In this document: positions 35,901-36,256 of the stretch, piece after piece
How the letters are laid out: each line of letters starts with the position of its first letter
How positions within the stretch are numbered: the first letter of the stretch is position 1
Origin: Myxococcota bacterium
GTDB lineage: Bacteria; Myxococcota; JACRCW01
Assembly: GCA_040752415.1 (NCBI GenBank)
Contig: JBFMGU010000098.1
Coordinates: forward strand, 1 to 36,256
DNA length: 36,256 bases
Reading direction: 5' to 3'
The notes under the pieces: model-generated
The model's input: only the letters and a program-made list of their open reading frames with translations
Database searches by the model: none
Told to the model about the DNA's origin: nothing
Position numbers and translations under genes: made by a program

Positions 35901-36256
35901 CGAGCGCTGGGTACCCGGAGCGAAGTTGCCCGGCGCGGGACGTGGCGCCGCCGCTGGAGGAGGTGACGCAAGCACGGCGAACGGGTCGGCGTCGGCCGAG
36001 GAGCCGCGGGACGGCGCAGGGGGCGCCATGGCCGCAAACGGGTCATCCTCGTCGGCAGCAGCGGGGAACGGAGAGCTCGACGCGCCCCCGCCCATGGGCA
36101 TGCCGCCACCGCCAGGAAGCGGAACGCCACCCATCCCGCCACCGCCGGGAAGCGGGACGTCGGCCATGGGCATGCCGCCGGGAAGCGGAACACCCGCCAT
36201 CCCGCCGCCACCGCCGGGAAGCGGAACGCCGCCCATGCCGCTTCCGCCGGGGAGCG
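32913..36256 (-). CDS. Membrane-anchored tetratricopeptide repeat protein with GYF_2-like domain; 5'-truncated
   Basis: Many TPR units (e.g. AEMGSYFHSQGQYERAIDYFQQAIGISP). A TM helix at about 35295-35367. GYF-like FRIRKRSGKQVGPY...WKPLSSIPVF at about 35592-35741. The frame stays open to the window end (LPGGSG-M...). Confidence 0.9.
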   Translation of the reverse strand, partial: LPGGSGMGGVPLPGGGGGMAGVPLPGGMPMADVPLPGGGGMGGVPLPGGGGMPMGGGASSSPFPAAADEDDPFAAMAPPAPSRGSSADADPFAVLASPPPAAAPRPAPGNFAPGTQRSEYTQSTPFHGDSHVGPAPASPAAPAAPAMGAGVLDFIDREAASADRGTRKGNSFRIRKRSGKQVGPYDTETLLAMLRSHELAGTEEASEDGAVWKPLSSIPVFAEEIQRLMASALGGLGDLPAVPGGGKPAAATSSGLDLAATPGGLAGALEDEPVRHEPTELKKKPTKQLDTKGKFPVGLLIGAVGLVSVVGVGVVTEFVFPDVGAFGRKKLAGLFASDKPVEAPTPVVEAPKPKPVLDGVSLDQLLNEDNLASYQEAQKQLRAALDGGNTDAALQLARALALPAFLDNQPALADEALQVLEKATGADAKAVAAVKAFALLAKGNVDEALKTATAAASSAAPDVKDLSDAARQGESDAQTAVGYAMLKKGAKPEEILPRFDWAMIAWPNNLLASVGQARALHLSGDDESALGYLDRAVAMRPDNLRARLLAGEILMKKRKWRAAKEHLQAVVGSAGSKGTNQQRADAHVMLSDIALAEREFKEATEHIKGASSELPGDLSLKLRTGELYLRLRDWPQARTIFDEVLAGQPDNDDALIGSARAKIGATDALTAFKQLQDATQKKPQSAKLRYWYGVASEAMGKTPDAVNQYKQAQVLDPKRADPSVALARLQMEERKYAEALTLLQEARGRVAPEEEPWLRAMLAQVYVKQRNLPLAFKEFEAALDAAPGHYEARAWYGAALRDAGKFDSARKQLQEALADDPRNAMILAEMGSYFHSQGQYERAIDYFQQAIGISPKEDDYYVRMGAATFSKGDQTGALEFLKTAQSLGPNNPDVFYWMGLAIRKTDPEKAKSLFTRGTELAPEDGRFDHEMGRTLANEGQFIDAIQYLRAAIQKDPSNGEAYFDLGKCLVEQARHNEAREQFELALQKMPSKAYIRLNIAKAHADVGNYKPAQQEYLRAIQQDPTLTDAYCKLGDVYRNDTKNKEAVKMYEKCVEQKPSHKEAWKWLGYSYEALGAKFHKKAIEAWQSHMRVNREDPENDDLRDKISDMKGGN
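36091..36256 (-). repeat. Coding tandem repeat (G/A/D)VPLPGGGGM inside the TPR gene
   Basis: Four full copies and one partial copy of VPLPGG with 33-36 bp spacing, continuing to the window edge. Confidence 0.85.

Noticed and set aside
7985..35966. Very long opposite-strand or alternate-frame ORFs (e.g. 7985-10054, 10070-12280, 12509-14821, 17815-21588, 29374-31677, 32988-35966)
   Set aside because: They shadow well-supported genes, have no motifs, and are the expected by-product of stop-codon scarcity in high-GC3 DNA.

Overview
High-GC chromosomal segment, most likely from a myxobacterium (Myxococcota): it encodes a MYXO-CTERM tail, a GYF-TM-TPR protein and large low-complexity lipoproteins. 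About 20 real CDSs, with both edge genes truncated. In order: PBP1A, ArnT/PMT-like glycosyltransferase, radical SAM/SPASM enzyme, alpha/beta hydrolase, MATE exporter, TamB-like protein, two translationally coupled paralogous exported membrane proteins of unknown function, NUDIX hydrolase, FG-GAP lipoprotein, rpmE, DUF1385 protein, a small membrane protein, prfA, IPT/TIG lipoprotein, acyl-CoA dehydrogenase, multi-domain peptidoglycan amidase, GH113-like hydrolase and a GYF/TPR protein. I found no tRNA, rRNA, CRISPR array, transposase, integrase or reverse transcriptase. The most notable unexplained items are: a ~250-285 bp intergenic fold-back element with a perfect 46-bp stem (28936-29218); the tandem paralog pair divergent from an orphan tamB, each with an atypical-codon segment at the equivalent position; a heptamer-built inverted repeat (8003-8083); a lipobox plus MYXO-CTERM lytic enzyme; a candidate L31 leader hairpin; and a perfect 16-bp operator-like palindrome. 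All functional calls come from motif recognition by eye; no searches were run.
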